Part shown: one piece after another, positions 53,414-64,000 of the stretch | Numbering within the stretch: position 1 is the first letter of the stretch | Layout: each line of letters opens with the position of its first letter | Origin: Octopus sinensis | Taxonomy: Eukaryota | DNA: 64,000 nucleotides | Reading direction: 5' to 3' | Assembly: GCF_006345805.1 (NCBI RefSeq) | Contig: NC_043004.1 | Span: forward strand, 85,064,001 to 85,128,000 | Notes under the pieces: generated by a model | Databases searched by the model: none | What the model was told of the DNA's origin: nothing | The model's input: the letters and a program-made list of their open reading frames with translations, nothing else | Position numbers and translations under genes: made by a program

Positions 53414-53784
53414 AGAGTTAAGGAATAGAGGAGATAAGATAAAGCTACGTATGTTACATAGGGAGTGGAACCTCGGTAGTGGTGAATATCCAAGCAAAGT
53501 GTACCGTGGCGGGCATCATCAGGCCAAGAATATCTTGGTTAAATGATGTTTACTCTGTCCCAATTAGAGACATTGTCGTTTGGATAATCCACAACCCTCC
53601 CACTCCATATATCACAATCGTCTCTTAAAGGTTTTTTTCTTTATTTACAACCGATTGCTTGAAGCTATATTTCTTCCTACACTTCAATAGTTAGTTAGAT
53701 AGATATATAGATAGATAGATAAATACATGCATACATACATACATATATGAGCGTCTGTGTATATATATATATATTATATATATA

Positions 53785-53861
<77 letters not shown>

Positions 53862-54106
53862 TATGATATGCATGTGTGATTTGTTCTCTGAATTTATATA
53901 AGTTCATGTTGAAAGATTTGAAACCGGTTGCTAAGAAACTGATAAGGCGTTTTGATTCGAGAGTGTTGCCGGTGTTTGTATATGTGTGACTGATATGATG
54001 AGTTGGTTCAACTGCTGATGCATATACATAGCTGTATATGTATGTACGAATACACATACTTACACACACACGCAAACATACACACATACACCCACTCATA
54101 TATATA

Positions 54107-54145
<39 letters not shown>

Positions 54146-54149
<4 letters not shown>

Positions 54150-54358
54150 CACGTCTCCCGGCTCACCGATAATCGGTGGACCCGCGCAGTTGTCGAGTGG
54201 TACCCGCGCGAGCGGTAATAACCACCCGGAAGGCCTCCACGACAGTGGAATTACGATTTCAGGAGGACGATTGGGATCACGTGGATGAGAAAGGTGCGAT
54301 CCAGAGAGGAGTGGACAGCGTGCTGTGACCAGCGGTGTCAAATGGATGATCAAGGTGA
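54146..54358 (+). mobile_element. RTE-clade LINE 3' fragment
   Basis: GHVSRLTDNRWTRAVVEWYPRER**PPGRPPRQWNYDF..W..VRSREEW, the typical RTE C-terminus; sits between (TA)n arrays. Confidence 0.85.
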
Positions 54359-54410
54359 TATATATATATATATAAGCAGATTTTAAATATACATATGTAT
54401 ATTTATATAT

Positions 54411-54452
<42 letters not shown>

Positions 54453-54472
54453 TATTATTATTATGACCATTA

Positions 54473-54662
54473 AGGCAGAAAAGTTGGCAGAAAAGTTAGT
54501 ACGCCGGGTGAAATGCTTAACATTATTTCCTATTCCGCAGAGGTTGACTTCGCCTTTTTACCTTTCAGAGTAGATAGAATCAGTACTCATAGAGCAGTGG
54601 GTTCGATGTAGTCGACTACTTCCATCCCAGGAAACTTCAGGCCTTGTGCCTATAGTAGAAAA
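54473..54662 (+). mobile_element. SINE-B-type copy after (TTA)n
   Basis: GTTGGCAGAAAAGTTAGTACGCCGGGTGAAATGCTTA..GAGGTTGACTTCGCCTTTTACCTTTC..GGCCTTGTGCCTATAGTAGAA. Confidence 0.75.
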
Positions 54663-54858
54663 GTTTATGATTATTGTTAATATTGTTATTTGATACTTTA
54701 TCATATTATATTATATGATATTATATTTTGTTTCTTTTGTGTGTAACTTTTACATGATTCCTCATGTGAAATTATGTGCTATGTCAGTCATTGTTATATT
54801 TGTGGACGGTTGTTTTTTTCTTCCTTTAAATGACCATAGCGAAACATATTCTTTGTGC

Positions 54859-54910
<52 letters not shown>

Positions 54911-55472
54911 TAGTTATATATAAGTACATACAGAGTAAGAGATGTTTCCTTGTATGCCATGTATGCATGTATGTATGCATTAAAATCTGTGTGGACTTGT
55001 GTGTGTCTCTATGCTTACCACATCCAACCAATTCATAATAGTAGAGTACAATAAGCAACACTAATGAAGGCGTTAAAATCTGGTGAATTTAAAACAAAAA
55101 GAAAAAGAGATTCACTTTCTTTTTCTGGCAAAAGACATTTGTTTCTTAGATTAAAATTCCCTGTCTAGTCAAGAGAGAATTGTGACTGATAATTTCCATA
55201 CACTTTTGATAAAATCGGTGAACACCGCTTTATCATAATTCAAGAATATTTGAAATTAAAACGTATTGCAAAGGAATCGAATGAAAATCTCAGAATAGGA
55301 AATTGTACATTCGCGCTCCGTAATGTTTGTATGATTCACCAAATTTCTAATTCTAGACATATCGACGAAAGAATCTCTCAAAATCCCTGTAATATAAGTA
55401 ATTGTATCTCATGAATGTTACTGACTTCAGCCATGAGGCTCATAGAGCTGGTTACCTATTTTCCGTTGAATG

Positions 55473-55605
55473 TACGAGAGGTTGCGGAAAAGTTTCGGGC
55501 TTTGAGGATATCGCGAACGATTTCGTTGGAAGCCCACCTTCCGTGTACTTTTACAGGGCTTAGAAAAACTTACGTGTCGCTGCAATAAGTTTGTGAAACT
55601 TATAA
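55473..55605 (+). mobile_element. Small mariner-like deletion derivative
   Basis: TIR-like TACGAGAGGTTGCGGAAAAGTTTC followed by a C-terminal-like stretch (TTTTACAGGGCTTAGAAAAACTT..TGCAATAAG). Confidence 0.45.
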
Positions 55606-55699
55606 TTAACTGATACCCTGCAGTTTTTGCTGCACAATGTCAGGATCATTTTAATACCCCATGCGCCATATAAGTGTAGCAAAAATGTGATCACACCAT

Positions 55700-55871
55700 T
55701 CACCAAAAACGTGTAGCAGTCTGTCTGAGTTCTGGCATATAGAGTTAATGTACCGGAGCAACTGAAATGCTTTTGCTCAAGAAGACAATGCCACACGCGG
55801 ACCGTAAACCGAAACGAAGATCTTGCATTTGGAGATCCAACACCCTAACCACGGGACCACGCGCCTGCACA
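55700..55871 (-). mobile_element. Degenerate SINE of C/D-type head
   Basis: AACACCCTAACCACGGGACCACGCGCCTGCAC is the reverse complement of the tRNA-like head; TTTTGCTCAAGAAGACAATGC. Confidence 0.6.
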
Positions 55872-56404
55872 CTATATTATGAAGATAGTTGTCAGACAGT
55901 TGAAGACAGAATATCATACTGGATTTCCTTCACCAATGGACGTCGCAAAAATTTATCAATAATTAACGTGTAAATCTAGTATTTCGATATGACGTACAAA
56001 AGAGACGCGGTACTGTGACTGCCGTCGACTGTCACGTGTTATGAATGAGAATTGGATTTAGATAATGAAAATAAATTTTGTTAAAATAAATTGATTTTTT
56101 AGGCCCTTGAGAACTTAAGAATTAACTCCACATTAATTTGAAATACAAAATGCAGATGAATGCATATATTAATAAAATTCATTCAAGTGAATCATATTTT
56201 CATATAGGTATATATCTGAAGAATGAATTAATTCACATGATTTACATAAATATTTCTGTCGTTAAATACCTGGTGGCATTTGTAATTTTCTGCGCGAAAC
56301 GTTCCCTGTTTTCCATGCAAACATCACTTATTAAGAGGCTCCTTTCGCCTATATGTCGTTTCATGTTCAGTGCCACAGTAAAATATTTTGTACAATTGTG
56401 TGTT

Positions 56405-56520
56405 ACTATAGGCCTAAGGAAAGCAGCTATTCATGAGTGAATTTGGTGGATGGAATCTACGTGGAAGCCTGTCGTGTACATTTATATATGTATGTGAGTG
56501 TATGCGCTTACATATATATG

Positions 56521-56572
<52 letters not shown>

Positions 56573-56790
56573 TGTCTGTGTGTGTGTGTGTGTGTGTGTA
56601 TTTTTGATTATCCTCCTTCTATTGCTTGTCAATCTGTGTTGGTTTGTTTAGCCGCAACTTAGTGGTTCAGCTAAAGCGACTGTTAAAATAAATACAAGAC
56701 ACAAAAATAAGAATTAGGGTCGGTGTGTTCGACTAAATACCTATAGGTTGTGCCCCAGAACGTACGCTTTCCAATGAGTAAAACTACTAG
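56405..56790 (+). mobile_element. Old SINE-A lacking head
   Basis: TGAGTGAATTTGGTGGATGGAA..GAAGCCTGTCG, microsatellite, then GGGTCGGTGTGTTCGACTAAA..GTGCCCCAG. Confidence 0.65.
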
Positions 56791-58431
56791 CACAACTTGA
56801 TATGAAATGATAGCAATGGTAAAGGGTGTGCTTTTCAAATAAATTTTATATACAAATTTATTGTTCTAGATGTTATATTTTAAAACTTTCGAAGTATTTC
56901 ATTACGTTTTGTTACTCCCACTACATTTCTCTTACGAGCGGGATCAATCAATGTTGACGTTCAACCCACCAGGGAACTTTAAATAAATTATGAATGAAAT
57001 ACTGCAGATAATTTAATGAGCGAGCCCCATCGCCAAAATGTGTAACTTAGTGTCCATAATATTAATGAATGAATGGGCGGTATTTTTATATCAGTTTAAC
57101 TACTAATTACAGGTCTCGCCGGAGTTGAATTTGATTTTCATCGTTGTAGGAGTCAAATAATAGCTACCTGTCACATAATGTGGTCAAAGAAATCGACCCT
57201 TCCTTGACCCAAACAAAATATATTGCCTTATGCTTACATAGGAAATCAATATTATTAATTACTCTAATTATTCCATGATACGATATATATATATCTGTGT
57301 GTATGTGTGTGTTTGTGTATGTATGTGTATATATATGTATATCTTTGTATGTTTATATGTTTAATTTATTGTTATTGACGCGCCAGTAAAACTGATCTCA
57401 TTTACTGATAGACAAAACGGAAACAGCTAAAGAGCTGTTAGATAATTACATATACATCACCATTCCATTGACCTAGATATCTGGGAGATAAACCACATTA
57501 AATCTAGTGCATTAGAATTTCTAATGTCTTCTTTGCATCCATTTAATGTGAAAATGGATAACATCGCTTCGTGGCATTGTAATTTTAACGCTCAATTTCT
57601 TGATATCCTTAAGCTCATTCTTCAGCATAATAGGATAATACACTAGAAAATATTCTGTAACAAATTACCATTGCTATTGTTTATTGGTATGAACGCTAAA
57701 ATTGTTCATCGATTCGTTGGATGGTTTACAATTTAGAATGGCTTTCATTGAAATGAACTTCCCCATGTGTAAATATATACAGCTGCAATACATAACATAG
57801 TGAAGTAATCTGTACATCACCCCTACATAAATAACATTTTTTCGTACATCGTCCATGTATTCCTCTCCTAACATTAGTAAGTTATAGAATAATTACTTGC
57901 AATTTTCCAAAGATTGCTGTTATGAAATTTATTTTTTTATATCTGAAAAGTTACTGATTAAGAGTAATGGCACCATTGTTAGTATATAAGTAATTGTGTA
58001 TTTAATTTTTTCATATTTAAACATCGTTCCTATTTCAAGATTAGTTGTCTATATTAATTGTCTTCGGCAACGAAATTTATATAATACTAGTTTTAAAGTT
58101 AGTCAGACATGAATTGTTATTCAATATTTGGTATATCACTGGGTGATTCTTTATTTTATGATCTTCACTATTATGTAATCAAAACGGCAGACGGTTTAAA
58201 TTATAGCGATTTGATCGACAACTTAGATTAGGCATAGTTAATTACATTTCAAACATGAGCAACGATTTTACCGACTCTATAATTAACACAATTATTTTAA
58301 TAACAGCTTCGTTAAAGGAGGGTTTAAGATGCGTAGGCTCTTTTCCAGGTTATCCCTGTTATGAGGGATCAACATTATGATTGTTATTTTCAAACTGCAT
58401 TTCTTTTCCGAATATCTGCAATAGGGTGTGC

Positions 58432-58881
58432 GAATCTTTTTCGGTTTGAACGGCAGTTTTTTCTAGCGGTGTCATAAGAAATTGTCACCCATAATTATGA
58501 CCCTAGTATCGATCTATTGCATTTCAATCTGTTTTAGGGTTAGAGTTAGAGTTACATAGGGTTAGTTAGGGTTAGGGTTAGGGGTTGGGGGAAGGGCATC
58601 TTTTTTTCATCACAAATGTAAATGAACCCAATCTGTTTCTTAAACGAGGGACATATTCATACGGCACAGAGTGTTTTTTACCTCAATAGACGTCAGTGAT
58701 TGGTTGATATTGCAGAAATTGAAGAAAAAACAACAAAAAATATCTTACAAACTATAGAATTTTCTCAATAAAGCCGAGAGAAAAATATGATGTATAAACA
58801 CATTCTACCAGTATACGAAGTTTAAAATTTTTTAGTTAACTAGAAATTATGTTAAAACTGCCGTTCAAACCGAAAATATCC
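58432..58881. mobile_element. MITE with about 28-bp TIRs, probable 8-bp TSD and internal telomere-like repeats
   Basis: GAATCTTTTTCGGTTTGAACGGCAGTTTT and AAAACTGCCGTTCAAACCGAAAATATCC; flanks GGGTGTGC and GAGTGTAC; TTAGGG-like array at about 58533-58585. Confidence 0.85.
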
Positions 58882-59385
58882 GAGTGTACTCCAACAAACG
58901 CACGCTAGGTAGAAATGCTAATGTTATGCCATATACCATATAAATCCTGCACTTTTGCGAGCAGAAAATAGTCTGGATTTAGCAATATGAATACAAGGCG
59001 TGCTTGTCCCATTACCATTAGTCACAGTTAAATATTATTGTTACTGATCGTTCATTAATATAAGCTTTAATTATCGTGAAGATTAAAACAACTAGTTTAT
59101 TAGTTACATACTCCGGTGTATCTTTATTTCCAAATCGAAATTTCATAGGATTTTAATCAATAATTTAAGACCACTCGATACCTCGAGTTCTTCGCACGTT
59201 GAATTTGTAATATTTGAGAAGGGAGAGGATATGTGAAGTTTAACTAAAGTTCACGCACTTAAGCCTTTTATGGTACGGTTTCTAAGGGAACATGAAGAAT
59301 CACAATGTGTCTGCCAGTATAATCTGCAGGAACATCACTGTCATGCAAATTGATTTTACAACAGGCCCAAAATAATTCCGCAAGA

Positions 59386-59554
59386 GGCGCAGTAGTGGCT
59401 GAGTGGTAAGTACCTTGCTTACAAACCACTTGGTTCCGGGTTCAGTTAGACTGCCTGGCACCTTGGGCAAGTGTCTCCTAATATAACCTCGGGCCGGCCA
59501 AAGCCTTATGAGTGGATTTGGTAGAGGGAAAATGAAAGAAGCCCGTCGTATAGA

Positions 59555-59593
<39 letters not shown>

Positions 59594-59856
59594 ATATATA
59601 TATATAGGTATGCATGTATGTATGTATGTATGTGTGTTTATATGTTTGTGTGTCTGTGTTTGCCCCCCCCCATCGCTTGACAACTGATGCTGGTGTATTT
59701 ACTTCCCCGTAACTTAGCAGTTCGACAAAAGGAGACCAATAGAATAAGTACTTGGCTTACAAAGTATAAATCCTGGAGTCAGTTTCCTCGACTAAAGGCA
59801 TTGCTCCAGCATGGCCGCAGTCAAATGATTGAAACAAGTAAAAGAGTAAAAGAGTA
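59386..59856 (+). mobile_element. SINE family A, full length
   Basis: Head GGCGCAGTAGTGGCTGAGTGG; tail GCTCCAGCATGGCCGCAGTCAAATGATTGAAACAAGTAAAAGAG. Confidence 0.92.
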
Positions 59857-60601
59857 ACAGTGAAACTTTCTTGAGTACCTTACTCAAGTCATCCAGCTCT
59901 TCGTGATGATATGCTTAGGAATGTTGTAGAAAATGTTTCCAGCCGCTGTACCGAAAAGGAAAGGAATTCATACTACCTAATTTAATTGGCATGTGAGAAT
60001 TTAAAGAAACTTGTATTTTGGGGAACATAGACTTAAATTTGCTTAATGCAGACACCGGAGAAACGAGACTTACCAAATAATATTACCAGAATGCTCTGTC
60101 CTTGATCATTTTCTTAAAATCGCTGCCACATACATGATAGACGGTATTCGCGAATAAAAGCCGCCGATAACTCTGTGTAGTATACATGTAAGATCGAACG
60201 CTAGGTGTGTATATATATATATATAAATATATATAAGTAGTTGAATGAATTCTCTTAGTATGGATAATTCGGTTAACCGATGCCTGGGTAGAAAATTCAC
60301 GTCAGAAAAACACGGTTGAAGCTACATGCCAGGGGCAGAGAGCACGTGCTTTTGTGTGGAAATTTGTGTGTGTATTTAATAAGAGTTTTTGTTCATCTTG
60401 ATGCTGACATAAGTTCCTTATTCACCCTTATGCACCCCTCATTTCTTTCGAATTAGGAATATGCAGCCTTCGAAACATATGTCGAGAATAAAGGAATTTT
60501 GTTAAATCGTCGTTCAAATCCATTCTTTCATTTATTTGTAGGTATATATATATATATATATATACATATGTGTGTGTCTGTGGGTGTGTGTGTGTGTGTG
60601 T

Positions 60602-61129
60602 ATGAGTAGATGTAAAGAGAAACAAGTCAGGCAAGTCGATTTACACAGAATATCAAAAATATTTAATAGAAGAAATGCACATGTGTATAAATATGAACTA
60701 GTCCAACTTGCAGAATAGACATATCAGGAGTTTTATGGGTAGAGTTTACAAGTCCAACAGCTGTTTCTGGGTTGCTGATGCTGGTCTGGAATATTGATAG
60801 TTACTTCGTTCAACTATCAGATAACTCTAACGCCGTTTTCAGGGAAGAATTTTACATCCTGTCAACACCTCAAATGTAAAATTGCCCCCGGAAGACAGAG
60901 GTAGTGTTAGCCGATAATGGATCCAAGTAACTATCATTATTCAGGACCACCAAGGTCCCAGAAACAACTGTTGGATTCCTCAAACACTACCCATTTAACG
61001 CCAGATATCATTTATATTATGTAAGTCGGACTATTTTATGTCAATACACATGTATATTTTTCTATTAAATGAATTTGGTATTCTGTGTAAATCGTCTTGC
61101 CTAATTTGCTTCTCATTATATTTACTCAT
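60602..61129. repeat. 528-bp imperfect palindrome (about 256-bp arms, 16-nt spacer), probably inverted Penelope-like terminal repeats
   Basis: AGGCAAGTCGATTTACACAGAATA pairs with TATTCTGTGTAAATCGTCTTGCCT; CCAACAGCTGTTTCTGGG with CCCAGAAACAACTGTTGG; GATAGTTACTT with AAGTAACTATC; AATTTTACAT with ATGTAAAATT. Confidence 0.9.
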
Positions 61130-61200
61130 CTACCTGCTCAAGTTCAAATCTCTTGAGCACTTCGAAGCGTATTCTTTATAGAGAACACCTTTCTCTATCC

Positions 61201-61259
<59 letters not shown>

Positions 61260-61269
61260 TGTGTGTGTG

Positions 61270-61460
61270 TTTTATCTTTTACTTGTTTCAGCCATTAGAA
61301 GTTTTAGTCGAATGTATTCAACCCAGTATTTAGGTTTCATAAACCCGTTACCTGATATATCGGTCTCTTCTGTCGAATTGCTATGTTACGTGGATGTAAA
61401 CACACTAGCACCAAATTTCCAAGCAGTGGTGGAGTGACGAATATAGACACAAGCACACGA

Positions 61461-61517
<57 letters not shown>

Positions 61518-61655
61518 TACGATGGGCTTCTTTCAGTTTCTAGCTACGAAATCTACCCACATGGCTTTGGACGTCCTCGGGATAGGTTGGCCAAGGTATC
61601 ACGCAGTGGGACTGAACACGGAACGATGTGGTTCGGAAGCAGCCACGTCCGCGAT
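61270..61655 (-). mobile_element. Older SINE-A with deletions
   Basis: TTTTACTTGTTTCAG tail; ACGATGGGCTTCTTTCAGTTTC; CCAAGGTATCACGCAGTGGGACTGAAC. Confidence 0.8.
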
Positions 61656-63344
61656 TATATATATATATATATGACCCGTGTCCCAATTGGTCACAAATAA
61701 TTCAAGTTACCGTGCACGTCTGCGCAATGAAGTTTTATTTCGTGCGTTTTCTTTTCCTTTTCCAGGTTACTTCGCATGCTTTCAACGAATGAGAGTTAGA
61801 AATTATGCCTAAACGCCCCCTTTCCCCAGAAAAAAAATTGTTCTACTATTTCTTGTTCACCCTGCTATCACGTAACAAGTATTTCGGCTCTTTTGTCACA
61901 AAATAGCTGGCACGTGGTTGCAAGAAATAGGACCCAAATCTTTGGAGGGACGATACGTTGAATGCACTCGTAATAAATAACGACCTTACGGACGGATCTT
62001 TTACGAAATATTTCTCCATCATAATATATGTAATGGAAAGGTTTGGGTATTTATAACAACAACATGCTGAATATCTCAATAACCACTCGTTTTATTCCGT
62101 TTGTATTCACATTTCATGGACATTTTACGTTCACAGTTTTTCCCCATTATGCGCCGGTTTGGCTGTGTAACATTGCAAGGAAGCATGACTTAAGTTCATT
62201 TTTAATGTAATGTAAGATATATATATATATATACTTATAGAGAGAGAGAGAGAGAGGAAAGAAAGAGATGGAGAGAGAAAGTGAGATTGACAGACAGACA
62301 GAAGGAGAGGTTGATTTACTTTGAATATTGTCAGGCAATCAAAATAAGGGACCTCAATTTACGTTGATGGTTGGTGTCGCGTAAAAGGCCAGTGACGAGA
62401 TAAATTCTAGTTTCCGTGAATATACATGTCTATATATGACTGTATATATCGTTTAAAGTATTTAAATACGCATGACCATGCATTTAATTCTATTTTATTT
62501 GCTATCCATTGTTTTCCGTTCGTGTGTGCTTATTATCGATACACACCTCTTGCATTGTCATTCCTACATACTCTGACAATTTTTTCTAATCTCGAGAAAC
62601 ATAAAGACCTCGTTAACAGTTTTTAGCCTCTTCCCGATCCATTCCTTATCTCCCTTTGTCTTCATGCTTAAGTATAATGTCTTAGACCGTCCCTCTTGCA
62701 GATTTGTCAATACAGTATCCCTACTTCTAGTAAATTATTCCTATACTATCCCCTGACATACTTTCGTCCCTCTGTAGCCTGTCTTCCTCTCATCTCAATT
62801 ATACTTCAGTATATCCAACGTTTCCACCCCACATTCCCCATACAATAGCCATTCTTCCAGTGGTCTATTGTTATAACCAAAAATAGCTCTGAGGAAAGTA
62901 GTATTAATTTTCTTATATCTTTCAATTTACGTCAATTGATCAATAGACCAATAGAATATACCAATCAGTAAGGTATCTATAATGTCTACTAGAAACTGCT
63001 GGAAGCCAAATTTGATCCACTAAATGAAAAACATGTAATGACTGTTATTTTCCACTTGTTTATATATAGGTAAAATCTAGTTTTTGTATGAGACCATCAA
63101 CGGATTTGCGATACAGATTTGTGATGAACCATAACATGGGAATATATGAAGCGAGCACTAGGAGTTCTTTACTAATATAAATAATATTGTTAGTATGGTG
63201 TGCTAACAGAGAGCTCATGAAGTATTTTCTCGGACAGAGCAAAATATGTGTTAACTACTTCTTTATATGTTATATATATATATATATATATACACAAACA
63301 CACACACAGGGAAAGATTGAGATAGAGAGAGAGGGACTGTCCAT

Positions 63345-63384
<40 letters not shown>

Positions 63385-63436
63385 TGTGTGTTAAATGTGT
63401 GTGTGTGCGAGTGGGAGGGAGTGTGTGTGTATGTGT

Positions 63437-63478
<42 letters not shown>

Positions 63479-63662
63479 ATCGATTCGTATATGCAGAAAA
63501 TTACGGTTCCAGGAGTATGAACGTACGGAAATATTTTTATGGATATATAAGCAAAAGTTAATTTTAAATAAATTATTTTAATACATTGCTTCACTCTCAC
63601 CGTTGATCGAAAGCGAGTGTTTTTTTTTAAACATATGCAAAACGTACATCCACACTCTATAA

Positions 63663-64000
63663 ATATGTGTTTCATGTATGTTGTGCAAGCTATATGCCAG
63701 AAATAAGTCCCAGAGTACAAGGCCAAAACAAATGGGAATAAGATTCGAAAGGAGAGGAAGATCCTCATGAGACGACGGACGAAGGTTGCAAATCGACTCA
63801 ACCAACATCCCAAAAGTAACGAAACGTCCCACATAAAATCAGCAGTGATGGGGATCGAAAAAAGGTTGCAACAATCTTATGTGAGGGAGGAAGCAGAAAA
63901 AGAAGCCTGGGTTATAAAAAAACATTGAGTCAAACCCGAAGGCTTTCTTTCATTACGCAAAAGAAACAGCCTCAGTACGCTGCAAGATAGGACCACTCTT
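63663..64000 (+). mobile_element. CR1/L2-group LINE ORF2 linker region, runs off the window end
   Basis: Not in the ORF track: VVQAICQK*VPEYKAKTNGNKIRKERKILMRRRTK..IEKRLQQSY..EKEAWVIKNIESNPKAFFHYAKE..KIGPL, homologous to EEAWAIEKIKLIPKVFFSFAKK..VGPL of the 45-48 kb LINE. Confidence 0.88.

Noticed and set aside
58533-58585. TTAGGG repeats as a true telomere or fusion site
   Set aside because: Short, degenerate and enclosed by MITE TIRs.
62540-62870. Purine-rich minus strand suggestive of an RTE remnant
   Set aside because: Peptide similarity too weak to call.

Overview
AT-rich, microsatellite-dense animal DNA. The SINE repertoire and repeat style point to a cephalopod, most likely Octopus (inference, not database-checked). 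I found no supportable host protein-coding exon, tRNA or rRNA gene; nearly all ORFs in the supplied track are translations of (TA)n/(CA)n/(GATA)n/(TAA)n arrays or SINEs. The window looks intronic or intergenic and is dominated by transposon remnants. DNA transposons: a near full-length decayed Tigger (8.6-11.1 kb), mariner and Tc1-like deletion derivatives, POGK/Passer-like pogo fragments, a TIR MITE carrying TTAGGG repeats, and a Helitron-like element. Non-LTR retroelements: CR1/L2-group LINEs (45.4-48.7 kb, 52.3-53.1 kb, from 63.66 kb), Dong/R4 and RTE fragments, and about 30 copies of four tRNA-derived SINE families (working labels A-D). Most notable: (i) SINE-A and two different LINE families end in the same architecture (GGYGGTGC...CATGGCC, 5-bp stem/4-nt loop, AAAC) with different but fully paired stems, suggesting a structure-based SINE-LINE partnership; (ii) several degenerate Penelope-type minimal hammerhead ribozyme motifs, two of them inside a 528-bp imperfect palindrome. 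No clearly new biological system is demonstrable from this sequence alone.
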